Under the pieces are notes generated by a model, which ran no database searches, had not been told where the DNA came from, and worked only from the letters and a program-made list of their open reading frames with translations. This document shows, piece after piece, positions 51,451 to 64,000 of a DNA stretch of 64,000 nucleotides. The translations under genes and the position numbers were made by a program. Within the stretch, counting starts at the first letter, position 1, and every line of letters starts with the position of its first letter. The stretch covers positions 25,313,365 to 25,377,364 of the forward strand of contig NC_092678.1 of assembly GCF_964355755.1 (NCBI RefSeq). Reading direction: 5' to 3'. The stretch comes from Antedon mediterranea. Taxonomy: Eukaryota; Animalia; Echinodermata.

Positions 51451-53183
51451 TAAGTACTTCTTCAACCGATTGTTGTATATTGCGTAGCCTAACCAAATGA
51501 CAGGTTAACAAATATGCACACGGTATTGTTTCTTCCCGTGAGGCCAGAATGTCGCTAAACTAACACTGATTTTGTACCGTTATGTAAACACAGATTTTCA
51601 AACATTATTATATTATTAAGTGATAGACTAGGCTTTCACCTATATTCACTACTAGCAAAAATATCGTTGAGCACCAGAGCCTATCGTATTTGGTACAAAC
51701 GGTAAAATTAAGGATGTTCCCGCGCGCGCCCCTCCCTCAAATCATACTATACCGTCTACTATATGAAGGCATAGTTGAATGGGAGTTTCATCATCGTGTC
51801 GGGTTGAAGTTGTATAGTCTATATTAATTTTAATGCTCCGATCACCATCATTATCATCGTAATCACTATCATGTACCATTATCATGTATCATAATCATTA
51901 TCATGTATCATAATCATTATCATATTTGTCTTAAATGCCATCGAATGTTTATTTTCTTCAACCTCGGTGAATAATTGTCTTCTGTTTGTGTATAGTCAAA
52001 AAGCCAACACTCGCTTAGAAATAACAAGACAACGAATCGACAAATATCGATCAGCTGCATTCCCGCGAGATGATGAATATTATAATAACAACCACACACA
52101 GAACATGTTTTAACCAAGCACGGAAAATAAGCCAAATTCTAGACACCTCATTTAAGTACAGTAATAGGTTTCAAAGCTTATGACGTCATTATCCTTTTAA
52201 ATCTGGAGGATATCGGAATGAGACAGTCGTGTCAAAGGGCCGTGTGAACGCATGTTTACTACATACATACGAATCAATTTATTTTAAGCAATTTACGAAG
52301 GGTGATGATTATACGACGAATGTATTATGCGGCAGTTGTAACGTAGTGATGACTGTTGTATGAGTAATTATGCATACATACCCGATAGCATCACATTTAT
52401 TTTGTCCAGAATAAATTTGCTTTTGGGTTTAGTTCAAATATTGATATCTGTAAAAACTATACAATGTAATATTACAGGCATGGATGTGATTTGCTTAAAT
52501 AAAAACCATGAGGTCATTAATTGAATTCATTAAGAATTTTTGTTTATATTCTGTATCCAGATTCTGTTGTTTTTTTGCTTTTGAGTTCATGAAGATAATA
52601 TATATGAACATTACTAGACAGACACTCCATCATGCCCGATGTGGAAGAAAAAAATGTTTTTCGTTGGTGTTTTTAAACAATGTAAAATTGTTAATAGAAA
52701 TGAATAGAGGCGTAAAAAACACGTTTTACATATTAAACGTAGCACAATTATATTCCAATATCTTCTCATAGCAATAACAATTTGTCCATATAGCTAATTA
52801 TACTGATTCACTAAAAATAGCATTATAATGTTTGTTTGATTGCTACGAGTTTAACATAATAAATATCAAAGGCGTGCTTCAGCTGTTCGTTTCCGAAAAA
52901 GTATTTTGTTAGCAATAAATTAATTTTACATGGATTTTTTTTGTGAAAGTAACCAAATAATATTAAATATTATAATAAGAGGGTATAATATTTTAATTAT
53001 AAAGAAATGTGTTTATAACCATCAGACCGTAACCAAGCAATCGCGAAGATACTTAACATAATTGTTCATCGCATGTCCGATATCGCAAAAATGTAATTTA
53101 TTATTTATTAGTAGATATATTTAACACTAAATAATAAATATCCACGTTTTTTATATGTTTGTATAGTGAATACTAAAACATAC

Positions 53184-53241
53184 CTTGTCTGAGAGACTTG
53201 TAGACGACTGTAGTGTTGGTATATGCTCCCGGCCTCGCCAT
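53184..53241 (-). CDS. Uncharacterised small two-TM protein, proximal first coding exon (candidate isoform A)
   Basis: Kozak-like gccaacATGG; MARPGAYTNTTVVYKSLRQ then G|gtatgt donor; phase 1 matches the middle exon; CpG-richer context. Confidence 0.65.
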
Positions 53242-55832
53242 GTTGGCCTGCCTTTCTACCGCGTTCGCATGATGTGTGACGACGGTTTTCTCAATACGAA
53301 TCGTTACGTTTAACTTACACGCCTCCGCGAACAACAAGAATACGTCTCAACTGACATGCGCCAGTCACGACAACGTCACAGCGAAAATAAAAAAACTTTA
53401 AGATGGATAAAATTAAAATTCAGACGGGACTAAAAAATAGAACACGATGTGTTTTTCTGGCCTAAGACTGTGATCAACTTTAGAGTTTATGAGCTAGTAA
53501 GCTATATAGCAGGACAATGGAAATTGCTTTATGGCAGCAGCGATATGTATACAGATTGTGATGTGTTTTATTGATGTGCTACTGACCATAATTATGGAAT
53601 AATGGAAAGGTCATACAGCGGTTAAAAGAAAACAATAGATTTATAATTCGTAAACCTTTGTTATAAATTATCGGCAAAGCAAGTAATTTTAAAATGAGCA
53701 TGCAAGACATGAACAGCGCCGTAACTTAAGTGTGAAGTGCGCGCGCTGGTAATGGAGAAAGTGCGCGCTAGCAATGGAGAAAGTGTGTGCGCGTAATATA
53801 ATATAAAATGAATTGACTATAATATTTTAATTGGTTAATAAAATACATTTATTTTATTTCTCTTGCTAATAAGTAGGTATTGTGCTTCAAATCATTATAT
53901 GCCACCGTTTGTATCCGCCGATCGACACACGGTTTATTTTCGTGCTATTCTTGCGCGTCCGTCTAGCGATGAAAAACATGTATTTGTTTATCTACTGATT
54001 TAACGGCGGTCATGTTTCCTGTAAATAGAATATTTTGATGACGATTTAATCGCTTGATTTATGGAATGATAACTGAAAAATGTAATAAGGAAAACAAGTA
54101 AGGCCTAGCAAATCTCTTTGCAGATCCCTACTGTCTACTTCGTTGTGTTTTCGTCAGTCGCATAATTATGTTTAGAAATAATGATCGGGTCGTTAAACCG
54201 TTAAGCCGGTATCGGTAATATTTATCAAACGTTATCGGATCGAGTGTAGTTAATGATTGTAGAATATTAATGATGAAATCTGTGTATTTGATCATTACGC
54301 CATGTTGTTTGATTCAATCTGTAATTCAACTTTTGAACCTTGTGATTTAAACGTAAACTTGGTGTCCACTACAGTTTGAAGCGACGTCGTAAATATGCAT
54401 ATACTGTACATAAATTCATGCAATGATATTAGGAGGAAAACTTCGGGACCCAAAAGTGTTCCCTAAATTAGTGGCCTTAGTGTGTTTGAACACAGATTTC
54501 TCCTCGTTCGTCACACAATATGAGCTTCAATGGTTTCAACAAAGAAATTGAAGAATTGTGGGTTAAAAGGTATAGCTATAGGTATCCAAAAGTATGTTAT
54601 CATGAGTTGAGGCCTGTATAATATGTAGGTCGGTTGATCATTTCATATAAGTTAATTTCTGAGCCATCAGAACAACATAAACCAAATGACTTCTGTTGAG
54701 AGATGTAAGCTCATCATAGAATTGCGACAGCAGACAATTTAATGTAGGCTATAAATACTATGGTTAGAAAGCGATAACAATTAACCATATATTTTATGTT
54801 GTTTTATTGGTAATTCTTGATTTAATTGACCCATTTTCTCATTGTCATGTATCTTGGATCTAGTTCCAACAAGGACAATTCATATGGTCTATTCCATTAA
54901 TTGGTCAAATTGTGGTGCGCCGGTTACGTCATTACGTTTCGTCCTGGGAACCTAGAAAACCAACGCAGAGACGCGTCGATACGCACTACCAAAGTAATCT
55001 TGTGTTATTGGTCAAATTAAGGTGCGCCGGTTACGTCATTGCGTTTCATCCTAAGTGATGGTAACCTAGGACACCAACGCAAGACGCGTTAGTACGCGCG
55101 CAATCCGAGTAATCGTGTTGTGTGATTGGCCAAATTGTTTGTGTTTGTGTAAGGTCCTTTTATATTGTGTTCTTCTGTTTATTTGTTTCTATATTACTAA
55201 TGCCTAATTGTATTACGCTGTGTAGATATGAACTTCATTTATGGGCAAAGTTCATGATATTATCACGATAATGATTGATATGGTTACCAATTAAAAATGT
55301 CGTAACGAAAAATTAAAATACAATAACACTTCCTTACTGCAAGCAAAAGGATTTTGGACAAAGTTATTCTATAATAATTCGGTATCATTTGCATAACGGT
55401 ATGTGGTGGTTTTGTAAAATGATTTTAATGAAACTCAGGTACCTCAATTGTAACATGAAATATTCACAGAAAAGTATAGTATTTATCGCGTGCTTATATT
55501 GTTAATTGTGTGCGCGTACACTTCTTGTGAAGCGCCTCGTGGTGTTGAAGAAATATAAAAGGACATTCTCAGTCCAGTTGATGTGCAGGATGTGTTTATA
55601 AAGTTATACAAATACCGGGTTCAAATCGTAAATGGAGTTAACGTGAAGATTTGTTTTATAATTTCTATAGTAATAAGACTATACAGTAATACGTCACAAG
55701 TTTTAGATAAAAATAGAATAGATATGTAATGTTATATTTTTTAATTTGTAAGTAATTGTAGACTTGCGGTACATTAACATTACAAATGTTTTAAAGTTTT
55801 TTTTTTATAATTTTGATTAACGTTATCCTTAC

Positions 55833-55917
55833 CTGGAGTATTCGTTTTTGAAAACGCCTCTCCGTTTATAGGAACAACAATCTCTGTCGTGTTTTTCTCT
55901 TCTAACGGTTCCACCAT
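55833..55917 (-). CDS. Uncharacterised small two-TM protein, distal first coding exon (candidate isoform B)
   Basis: ataATGG start; MVEPLEEKNTTEIVVPINGEAFSKTNTP then CAG|gtaagg donor; phase 1 matches the middle exon. Confidence 0.6.
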
Positions 55918-56699
55918 TATGTCCACAATATTTATAGTTCTTTTTCCGCCGACAGATAAATAAAATTAATTTTTAAAAATCCAATTTCTAAACGTCAAGA
56001 CTATTTTAATCCGGTTGGTTCGTCATCAGCTTCAACTTTTAGAGCAAATGTCCGTATAATGCGGTACGGTCCAGTATAATTTCTATATTTGACATCTCAT
56101 TTTTCAGAATCAATTGGAAACTAAACATTGTTGTATCATGCGAGTGTTCAAAGTTCTCTTTACCAGTGGACCCGACACAGATAAGAACACGCAATATGAA
56201 TTTTAATCCAATTTGTGGCTGACGAGGGCGGCAAGTGTCAAAGTAAACGATTCTAAGGGACCGTGTCAAAACGCGCAGGCTACGAAAAGAGTTGACGCGC
56301 GCGTATACAAAGTAGTAACAACATTTGAACGCGCCTGCGCAAAAGTTCCTGTCGGTCCAATAGACAAGTTGAAATTGAGCCTACAGTGGTTAAAACTCTG
56401 CCCCATCTGACGCCGTATAAAATATATAATAGTAATTTCACTTTTCTGCGCGGTCCCCTTGGAATAATTATCGTTCGATATTAATATGATTAATAAATTG
56501 ATACATTATGGTAAAAGGTGTCGCGATGTCGTTATTAGTATTAAATATGATGATTCATTTCTTCTCTTTCTACAGTATTGGTTAATTTTTATTTAAACAA
56601 CGTAATTTAAACATTTATAATACATCTTTATTCATCTTTTTAATACATCTGTACATCTTTAATAGTACTGTAGTACATTGGTGGAGACCGCTATTAACA

Positions 56700-58170
56700 A
56701 TAGAGGGGGTAGTTGTATTTTTTGTCACAACTACCCCCTCTCTGTTGGTAAACGCCGTGATAGTTCCCGTACTGATTGTAAAAGTAGATTTTATTTTATT
56801 TACTTTTCCATCATACCATGGCCATATACACATTTATACAAGAAATATTTCGTTAATACTAGTATCCTAGCAACTCCTTATGGGCTGACCACATCTTAGA
56901 ATATTCAATATACACCTTTAATATTCATAGACCACTTTACTAACAAAAAGTTCAGTTTCAAAAATGTATGATAGGAGCAAAAAATACAACTACCCCCTCT
57001 ATTGGTAAGCTCAGTTCAATAGTTCCCGTACCGAGAGGAAATAAATATGTATTTTCCCATATGCATCATAATTAAATACATCTTTAATATTCATGAAATA
57101 CTTCATTAAAACTAGTATCACCTCAAACATATAGACCACTCTTTGATTTAAATCAAATTAATTTAACACAATATTGGTCAATAACTAGCAAAAAGTTCAG
57201 TTTCAAAAGTTTATGATAGCAGCAAAAAATACAACTACCCCCTCTATTGGTAATCCCAGTTCAATAGTTCCCGTACTTATATGGGAATAAAAATAAATGT
57301 ATTTTTCCATCATACACATCTTTAATATCATGAAATACTTCATTAAAACTAGTATCACATCAAACATGGATAGATCACTATTAAAATTTAAAGCTCGTTC
57401 AAATACTCTACCTTTGAATGATAGAACTGCAAATTGGAATATTGATAATAATAAAAAATGTAAATTGTGCGGTACAAATTCGGACGAAGACATCCATCAT
57501 TTCATCCTTAATTGTCCAGCTTTAAATAATATACGTAATCAGGAATTATTTAATTTATATGTGGATATGTATAGAAATGGCAGCAAAGATATGTTTGATA
57601 CTTTTTATACTTCTCCTGAAAATGACAAACTTAAATATATTTTGGGATACTCGAGTCAGATAATTTAATTGATGAAGAGTGTGAAAATATTTTGGATAGT
57701 TTTTGTAAAAGATACCTAAAACAAGCATGGCAATTTCGAAATGATTCACTGAATTCCATGACTCAATAACTATGTTATCTACATTGCTACATTAAGTAGG
57801 ATAGGGGTTGATAGTTGCTTTTGCCTTTTTTTACTTTTCTGTTAATTGTTATATTTTATATTGTGAAGGATGCACCTTTGTGCTAAGTGTGCCACCGATC
57901 TAAAGGTGTAATTCCAAATAAATAAATAAATAAATAAAATATTTGATTTAAATCAGCTTGATTTGATATAGGTCAATAACTAGCAAAAAGTTCAGTTTAA
58001 AAAATGTATGATAGCAGCAAAAACCACAACTACTATTGGTAATCCCAGTTCAATAGTTCCCGTACTGATATGGAAAAAAAATAAATGTATTTTTCCCGGG
58101 ATTTTGCCATCATACACATCTTTAATATTCATGAAATACTTCATTAAAACTAATATCCTAACATCTCAAC
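56700..58170. repeat. Degenerate tandem array of about 250 bp, about 4 units
   Basis: ACAACTACCCCCTCT..ATAGTTCCCGTAC..CATCTTTAATATTCATGAAATACTTCATTAAAACTAG recurring at about 56730, 56989, 57235, 58030. Confidence 0.8.
57378..57938 (+). mobile_element. LINE 3' fragment (zinc-knuckle-like C terminus, (TAAA)n tail) inserted in the 250-bp array
   Basis: KFKARSNTLPLN...CKLCG...EDIHHFILNCPAL; tail AAATAAATAAATAAAT; the repeat unit resumes at TTTGATTTAAATC. Confidence 0.75.
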
Positions 58171-58550
58171 ATAGATAAACTATAATGCTTGCTTTTAATT
58201 GATTTAGTATATGATATATCATAAACAACAAAAGTTGATACTGCTTTATAGTAACTTATACATTAGTTTTGTGAAAATGTAGGCTATATTGTTTTTCTTT
58301 ATATCAATTGGATTGCAAAGATATTAAACTTATTTATTATATAAACGAAAGTTATTTAAATATACATATTTTAATTTCAATTTATCAGGTTTGTTGCCTG
58401 CTACGCAGCAGTTGCGATTAATCAAATGCATCAAAAAAAAATTGCGGTTAAATTCTGTAGGAAGCTCCTTTTGTGGTTTAGAGCTCTCTCATATCTCGGG
58501 CTCCTCCAAATTACATCCGGGGCATTGAATGTCACCTTTTGAAAGGAAAC

Positions 58551-59754
58551 ATGGCGGACACAGAGCTAACGGACGCTGAGCTTCGTGCGGAATTAAAACG
58601 ATTAGGATTTGATCCAGGGCCAGTGACAGCATCTACTCGTGGTCTGTATATTAGAAAGTTAAATACTTTAAAATCTGGGAAAAAGATTGTGGCTAAAAAA
58701 GGCAAAAATAAGCCCGTAGCCAACCGACCCCTTATCGGCTTCAGTTCCGACGAAAGCGATGAGGAGGAGGGCAAGTCAAGCTGGCGGAAAGGTCGCTCCA
58801 GACCGTCTGTCACCGCCACGCAAGTTGTAAACGATAATGGAGTAGGTAGCCTACGAAAAAGGGGTTCTCAGCGAAACATAAAGGATTTCATACACGAAGA
58901 TGAAGCAGATTCGTCAGTTAAAAGTTTGGATGTTAGGCCTAGCCTTGGCGTTTTGAAAGATAAGCTCACAACAAGAAACAGACGATCATTAGGAAATCAT
59001 CAGGCTGCAAGTCCAAGTAGTACACCGACACGGCGATCGGGCAGGCGATCTTTGCAAGTTGTTGGCACCCTGCTATCAAACACAAATAGGCATAATAAAA
59101 ATCATGCAACTAATTCAAAAGATGATGATTTTTCAGATTCAGATATCGATGAAATGAAAGCGGTAAATGGTGAGGGTGAATCTGATGATATTGTTTCTAC
59201 TTCTTCCAGTATTTTAAGTCAAACTTTTATGAAAAGTTCTCCAATGAGGAACAGTAATAAGCCAGATAAATCCGAAATATCCAGGGCTAGGCCTAGCAGT
59301 AGTACCTTGATAGCAACAAGTCGTAAATCTATTTCACAAAATGACTCGAGTACTAGTACTCCAATGAAAGTTGGTACCCCGAATAAAACTAGATCATCAT
59401 CTGACATTTCACAACACGGCAGTCATAATAAATCGAACAATACGTCGGCCTCGTCTGACTATGTTTCTGTTTACGAAAACCGTACACCGCGGTCCTTGAG
59501 ACGACGTTCAACCAAAGAGAGAGGGGCAAATCATGTTTCTGAAACCGCTAACCATGTTGCAAGCGGCGGCGGTGACCATCACAAACATTCTGGACAATTG
59601 GAAGCTGAATTCCAAACAGAGGAGAACATTACAAAAACTTGGGCTTCTAAATACGGACATTACGTTTCAATGATGCTGTTGGTGTTCATGTTTTTGTTCT
59701 TTGTAACACTGACAGTTGTTTATCTTAGCATGGGTTCAGACACGGAATCTCCAA
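58551..59754 (+). CDS. LEMD3: LEM-domain inner nuclear membrane protein MAN1-like, first coding exon; remaining exons not identified
   Basis: aacATGG start; LEM domain LTDAELRAELKRLGFDPGPVTASTRGLYIRKL; MAN1-type LIGFSSDESD motif; Ser/Arg-rich nucleoplasmic region; TM segment YVSMMLLVFMFLFFVTLTVVYL; donor A|gtaagt. Confidence 0.88.
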
Positions 59755-59838
59755 GTAAGTATAACTGCATTACTTACTATTAAATATTTTTCATATTTTA
59801 TACAGTACTACAGTATACTGTAGTCGTTTTGTTAAAAA

Positions 59839-59988
59839 AGGTCTGTTTACACTATTAAACTTTATGCTGACAAAAAAAAATGTGATGTGCCCAAATATAG
59901 ACATGGTGATGTCATATCATTACTATCTATATTTGGGCACATCATCACACTTTTTTGTCATAACTAGTTTGATAGTGTAAACAGAGCT
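59839..59988. mobile_element. Family-A MITE at the start of LEMD3 intron 1
   Basis: AGGTCTGTTTACACTATTAAACT...AGTTTGATAGTGTAAACAGAGCT. Confidence 0.8.
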
Positions 59989-60969
59989 TTAGGTTTGGTT
60001 AGTGAACAAACACTTTGTCTCGTGTATTTGCAGTAAACCATGTGTTTCTGTAGAAGAATATAAATACATTATATATAACTATATTATCGTTATAATAACG
60101 TCTTCAAGAAAACAGTTGCAGCGTAACAACCCAACCGAAATGTCGAGAAATTCTCAAATTCGCATAGTTTCATTTTTTAAAACACATTACAAGTTCATTT
60201 TCACATCAAATTTATTAAGTTCTATCTACACTATGTCCATATGGGCACATCACATATTGTTGTCACATCCATACTGTAAAATTTGATAGTGTAGACAACA
60301 AGCAGACAACCAGAAATCAGTCAATTGGTATTTATTGCATGATGTCATCCTATAGGGAAGCTACTGTTAACTGTACAGTGTACTGTATAAAAAAAATTGA
60401 TAAGATGATAACCTTTGACCTTTGGTTGTCTACTGTAAATTGTAAAAGTCCACTTTGATTTCAGATGGCAACTTTATAGGCTGAGTGTACAGAACAAACA
60501 CGTGCTTTATAGACTGTAATTGTGAAATGTTGACAAACATGCTGTACAGAGTGTACACAGTATGATATACTGGCTAATGACAAGAAGGCTTTAGTTAAAA
60601 TAAGTTAATGAGTTATTAAATGAATTACGTTTTTTTAAACAGTACAGATCTTGTATAGCAAATTATATTGTACCATTTCCATGTTTTTTTAATGAGGAAT
60701 TAATAATATTAATGAGGAATTAATAACAAGTTATATACATGTACTGTAGGGCAGGTTGAGGATTAGGAATTTACCCGGGTAAGCTTGTTACCTACAGTAC
60801 AGTACAGTACCCACCAGAGTTAGACTGTAGCAATAATTGGTCCTAAAGCCAACTTTGTGGATAAATTAACTAAGCTTGAACAGCAAGCCTACTGTATAGT
60901 ACAGTCACTGTTGATACTATGAATATTATTGTGATACAGATTAAAAATTACATATTCACAACTTTTTAC

Positions 60970-61780
60970 GGGATATGACCGGTTGGGCCGCCGACAAGTT
61001 GAGCCGCCGGTAATTTCTATGAAACGCCCAGTGCGTCTTTTACGACATTTCGCGTAGTGATAGAGGGGTGTCCTAGTACATAAGTTCATGGTCTTTAGGT
61101 TTATTGTGTCATGAAAATAAATAATAATTACATACTACAATTGTGTTGGTTTGAACCGCCATAACAACACAGCAAAGGAAAGTAGTCATATTTAATAATT
61201 TAATTGTTTTTAATCTTTCAAATTCTTTCAAGTGCAGTGCACTCCATAATATTTTTCTCGCGTAAAATCATGTTGTCTCTCAGGACTAATAGAGTATTGA
61301 TACTCTTCGAATGAGGTTAATAATTATTTTTTATCTACTATCTTTTAATATCATATTTTATTGAATTTTACAATGTTAATACACAAAATATTTTACTAAA
61401 AAACGGTGGTTTTATGCAATTATTTTACCGAAAAATGGAGTAGGCCTAGTTCATACAACTGCCGCCTAAGGGGGCAACATGTTTACGTCATTTTTGGCTA
61501 AAAACGATCATTTTCGGTCATGTTTTAGGCCTTATATTTTGGAATCTACAAGTCAGATATTCATAATTATTTCTCTTTAATTATAATATTTAATAATATA
61601 TACTAAAAACCGTGATATATAAACTTTGGAATATACATCGTTATATCTAATAATTAATATAAATAGAACTTCTATTAAATAGAAACGAGCACCGGCGAAA
61701 GTAAGCATTTGGCGTTTCATAGAAAATAACGTTTTTCTGGCGGCGGCTCAACTTGTCGGCGGCTCAACTTGGCCTAATCC
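60970..61780. mobile_element. Non-autonomous DNA transposon, 811 bp, in LEMD3 intron 1
   Basis: About 40-bp imperfect TIRs (GGGATATGACCGGTTGGGCCGCCGACAAGTTGAGCCGCCG / CGGCGGCTCAACTTGTCGGCGGCTCAACTTGGCCTAATCC), subterminal inverted TTTCTATGAAACGCC, 8-bp TSD CTTTTTAC at 60962 and 61781. Confidence 0.85.
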
Positions 61781-63055
61781 CTTTTTACAAGTACCAGTAT
61801 AATCAATTGTAGATGTCTAGCCAGGCCAGCATGGTGTTAAGATTTGCCTACCATGATGTCTGTACCTTTGTGCTTGCAGTATTTTAATGATGTGTGTTAG
61901 TCAAGCTTGTAGACATTAGACTTAAAAAACATTTTTTCTTATCAAAATGAAACCCTGCTGATTATTAGAAAACAAAATTGCTTCTTTTTTTAAATCAAAG
62001 ACTAGATGGTAGTGACTCTTTAAACCATTGCTTTGACTGTCTTTTAATTTGCGTACAAAGTGTTTTCGATTTGCGCCAAGCTAGGCTGAGGTAGGACCTA
62101 CAGTTGCGTGAGCTGTGTTGTCATCTGAGAAGGTTTCATTTGCTGAATAAAATATGAAATAATATAAAAAAAACAGCAACATGGGATAATTTAGGGGAAA
62201 TCCCCACAGTAATTGAATGTAGCCTTGTGTGTTGATTAGAACCAGGGGTTCTTATACTTAGATAGTTAGATTCTAGTGTACTTAAATGTTAATACGGTTG
62301 TGCATTAAAATTTAACTGCCTTTATTATTTAATTTAAACAAAATGTGCATTTCTACTGTAATGCACATTTTATTTGTCTGTCCCAGACAGTCATAATAGG
62401 TTAGTATTCATGTACAGTACTTTACAGTACAGTGTCTGTATTATTACTGTCTATTGTAATAATATACAGTCATTGTATGATGCTCATCCCTTTAACACTG
62501 TATGTCTGGGGCCCATTGTACTGTACAGTGGTGTGTTCTGAAGTTTGAGCATTCAGTCACTACTAATACTATATCTTCCATGCCTCACAATCAATATTAG
62601 TGGGAGTTTTTTTATTCATTTCATTAATTTTTAATTAATAATAATAATGGAAATTTGTAAAGCATCCGTCTAAAAAAAGACGCTCACTGTGACAAATTAT
62701 ATTCAATTTAAAAATTTATAAAAATAAGGGAATATGTGTATAAAAAGAAAACAGTCTGGAACAACACTGACTTTCAATTTTCAAAAACACAACCCTGGAA
62801 ATGATCACACCCTGGGATTTTATCTTGTGATTTTATAATAATTCTTTTCAGTTAAGTACAGTACTGTAATTACAATGCAGTTACTAAAACATACATTGCT
62901 CTTTTATACCAATTTCTGTTGATTGTTCAGCACTTAGTGGCCTGCATTTTGCGCTATTAAATTGAACATTACTGTATTATATTTAAATATTTTTTGAGAA
63001 GCTCATTTTAAAGATGATTCTTCAGTTGTGCTTCTGTACATCAATCCACATACTG

Positions 63056-63748
63056 TACTTACTGTATACAGTTAAGTACCCTTACTTACAGTATACAGTT
63101 AAGTACCCTTACTTACAGTATACAGTTAAGTACCCTTACTTACTGTATACAGTTAAGTACCCTTACTTACTGTATACAGTTAAGTACCCTTACTTACTAT
63201 ATACAGTTAAGTACCCTTACTTACTATATACAGTTAAGTACCCTTACTTACTGTATACAATTAAGTACCCTTACTTACTGTATACAATTAAGTACCCTTA
63301 CTTACTGTATACAGTTAAGTACCCTTACTTACAGTATACAGTTAAGTACCCTTACTTACTGTATACAGTTAAGTACCCTTACTTACTGTATACAGTTAAG
63401 TACCCTTACTTACTGTATACAGTTAAGTACCCTTACTTACTATATACAGTTAAGTACCCTTACTTACTGTATACAATTAAGTACCCTTACTTACTGTATA
63501 CAATTAAGTACCCTTACTTACTGTATACAGTTAAGTACCCTTACTTACAGTATACAGTTAAGTACCCTTACTTACTGTATACAGTTAAGTACCCTTACTT
63601 ACTGTATACAGTTAAGTACCCTTACTTACTATATACAGTTAAGTACCCTTACTTACTGTATACAATTAAGTACCCTTACTTACTGTATACAATTAAGTAC
63701 CCTTACTTACTGTATACAGTTAAGTACCCTTACTTACAGTATACAGTA
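63056..63748. repeat. 27-bp minisatellite, about 25 copies, in LEMD3 intron
   Basis: TACAGTTAAGTACCCTTACTTACTGTA; variant units recur every 7-8 copies. Confidence 0.95.
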
Positions 63749-64000
63749 TTAATAGCAGTATTCTGATATTCCTTGGTTCCCAAGGTGTTTAAAATGTTTA
63801 CAACTGTTGTCATAATTGTTCTGAATATTTTCTTGTTTGTGTTTTTTTGCAAGCTGAGCTCACAATTGAGGAAGTATTTATATTTCATGCAACAGACATT
63901 AAATTAACATGGAAAAGATTCATTAGGAGTGATGTGACGTTGCTTCCTCTTGATAACTTAGTTTGATCTTCCCTGCTCTGCTCAGTTGTCACATGACTCT

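Noticed and set aside
51920-52135. Minus-strand ORF with a hydrophobic stretch inside the small TM gene, as a possible extra exon
   Set aside because: No convincing splice donor in a compatible phase
58539-58550. ORF-track start of the LEM protein at TTG 58539
   Set aside because: In a eukaryote the ATG at 58551 (aacATGG), directly before the LEM domain, is the plausible start
63854-63966. Possible LEMD3 exon 2 after a polypyrimidine tract and AAG
   Set aside because: The reading frame shows no recognisable MAN1 similarity and no strong donor; cannot be supported

Overview
AT-rich eukaryotic (animal) genomic DNA with GT-AG introns; the gene and repeat content suggest a marine invertebrate deuterostome, possibly an echinoderm (inference). 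There are three protein-coding loci. (1) A complete 31-coding-exon sulfonylurea-receptor-type ABC transporter (ABCC8/ABCC9 family, + strand, 17572-40908, about 1585 aa by manual splicing). (2) A small minus-strand gene, convergent with the transporter, encoding a roughly 116/125-aa two-transmembrane, Cys-cluster protein with two candidate alternative first exons; I cannot assign it to a family. (3) The first large exon of a LEM-domain inner nuclear membrane protein (MAN1/LEMD3-like, 58551-59754), whose remaining exons were not identified in the window. The rest is repeat-rich: a decayed 5'-truncated Tx1/L1-type LINE in an NBD2 intron (carrying a nested fragment with a Penelope-type minimal hammerhead ribozyme motif), many copies of two Harbinger-like MITE families, an 811-bp TIR element with an 8-bp TSD, tRNA-derived SINEs, CR1/L2-type 3' fragments, a 131-bp near-perfect palindrome, and many minisatellites, several of which arose inside MITEs. 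Most long ORFs in the supplied track are artefacts of these tandem repeats. All coordinates were read by eye and no database searches were run.
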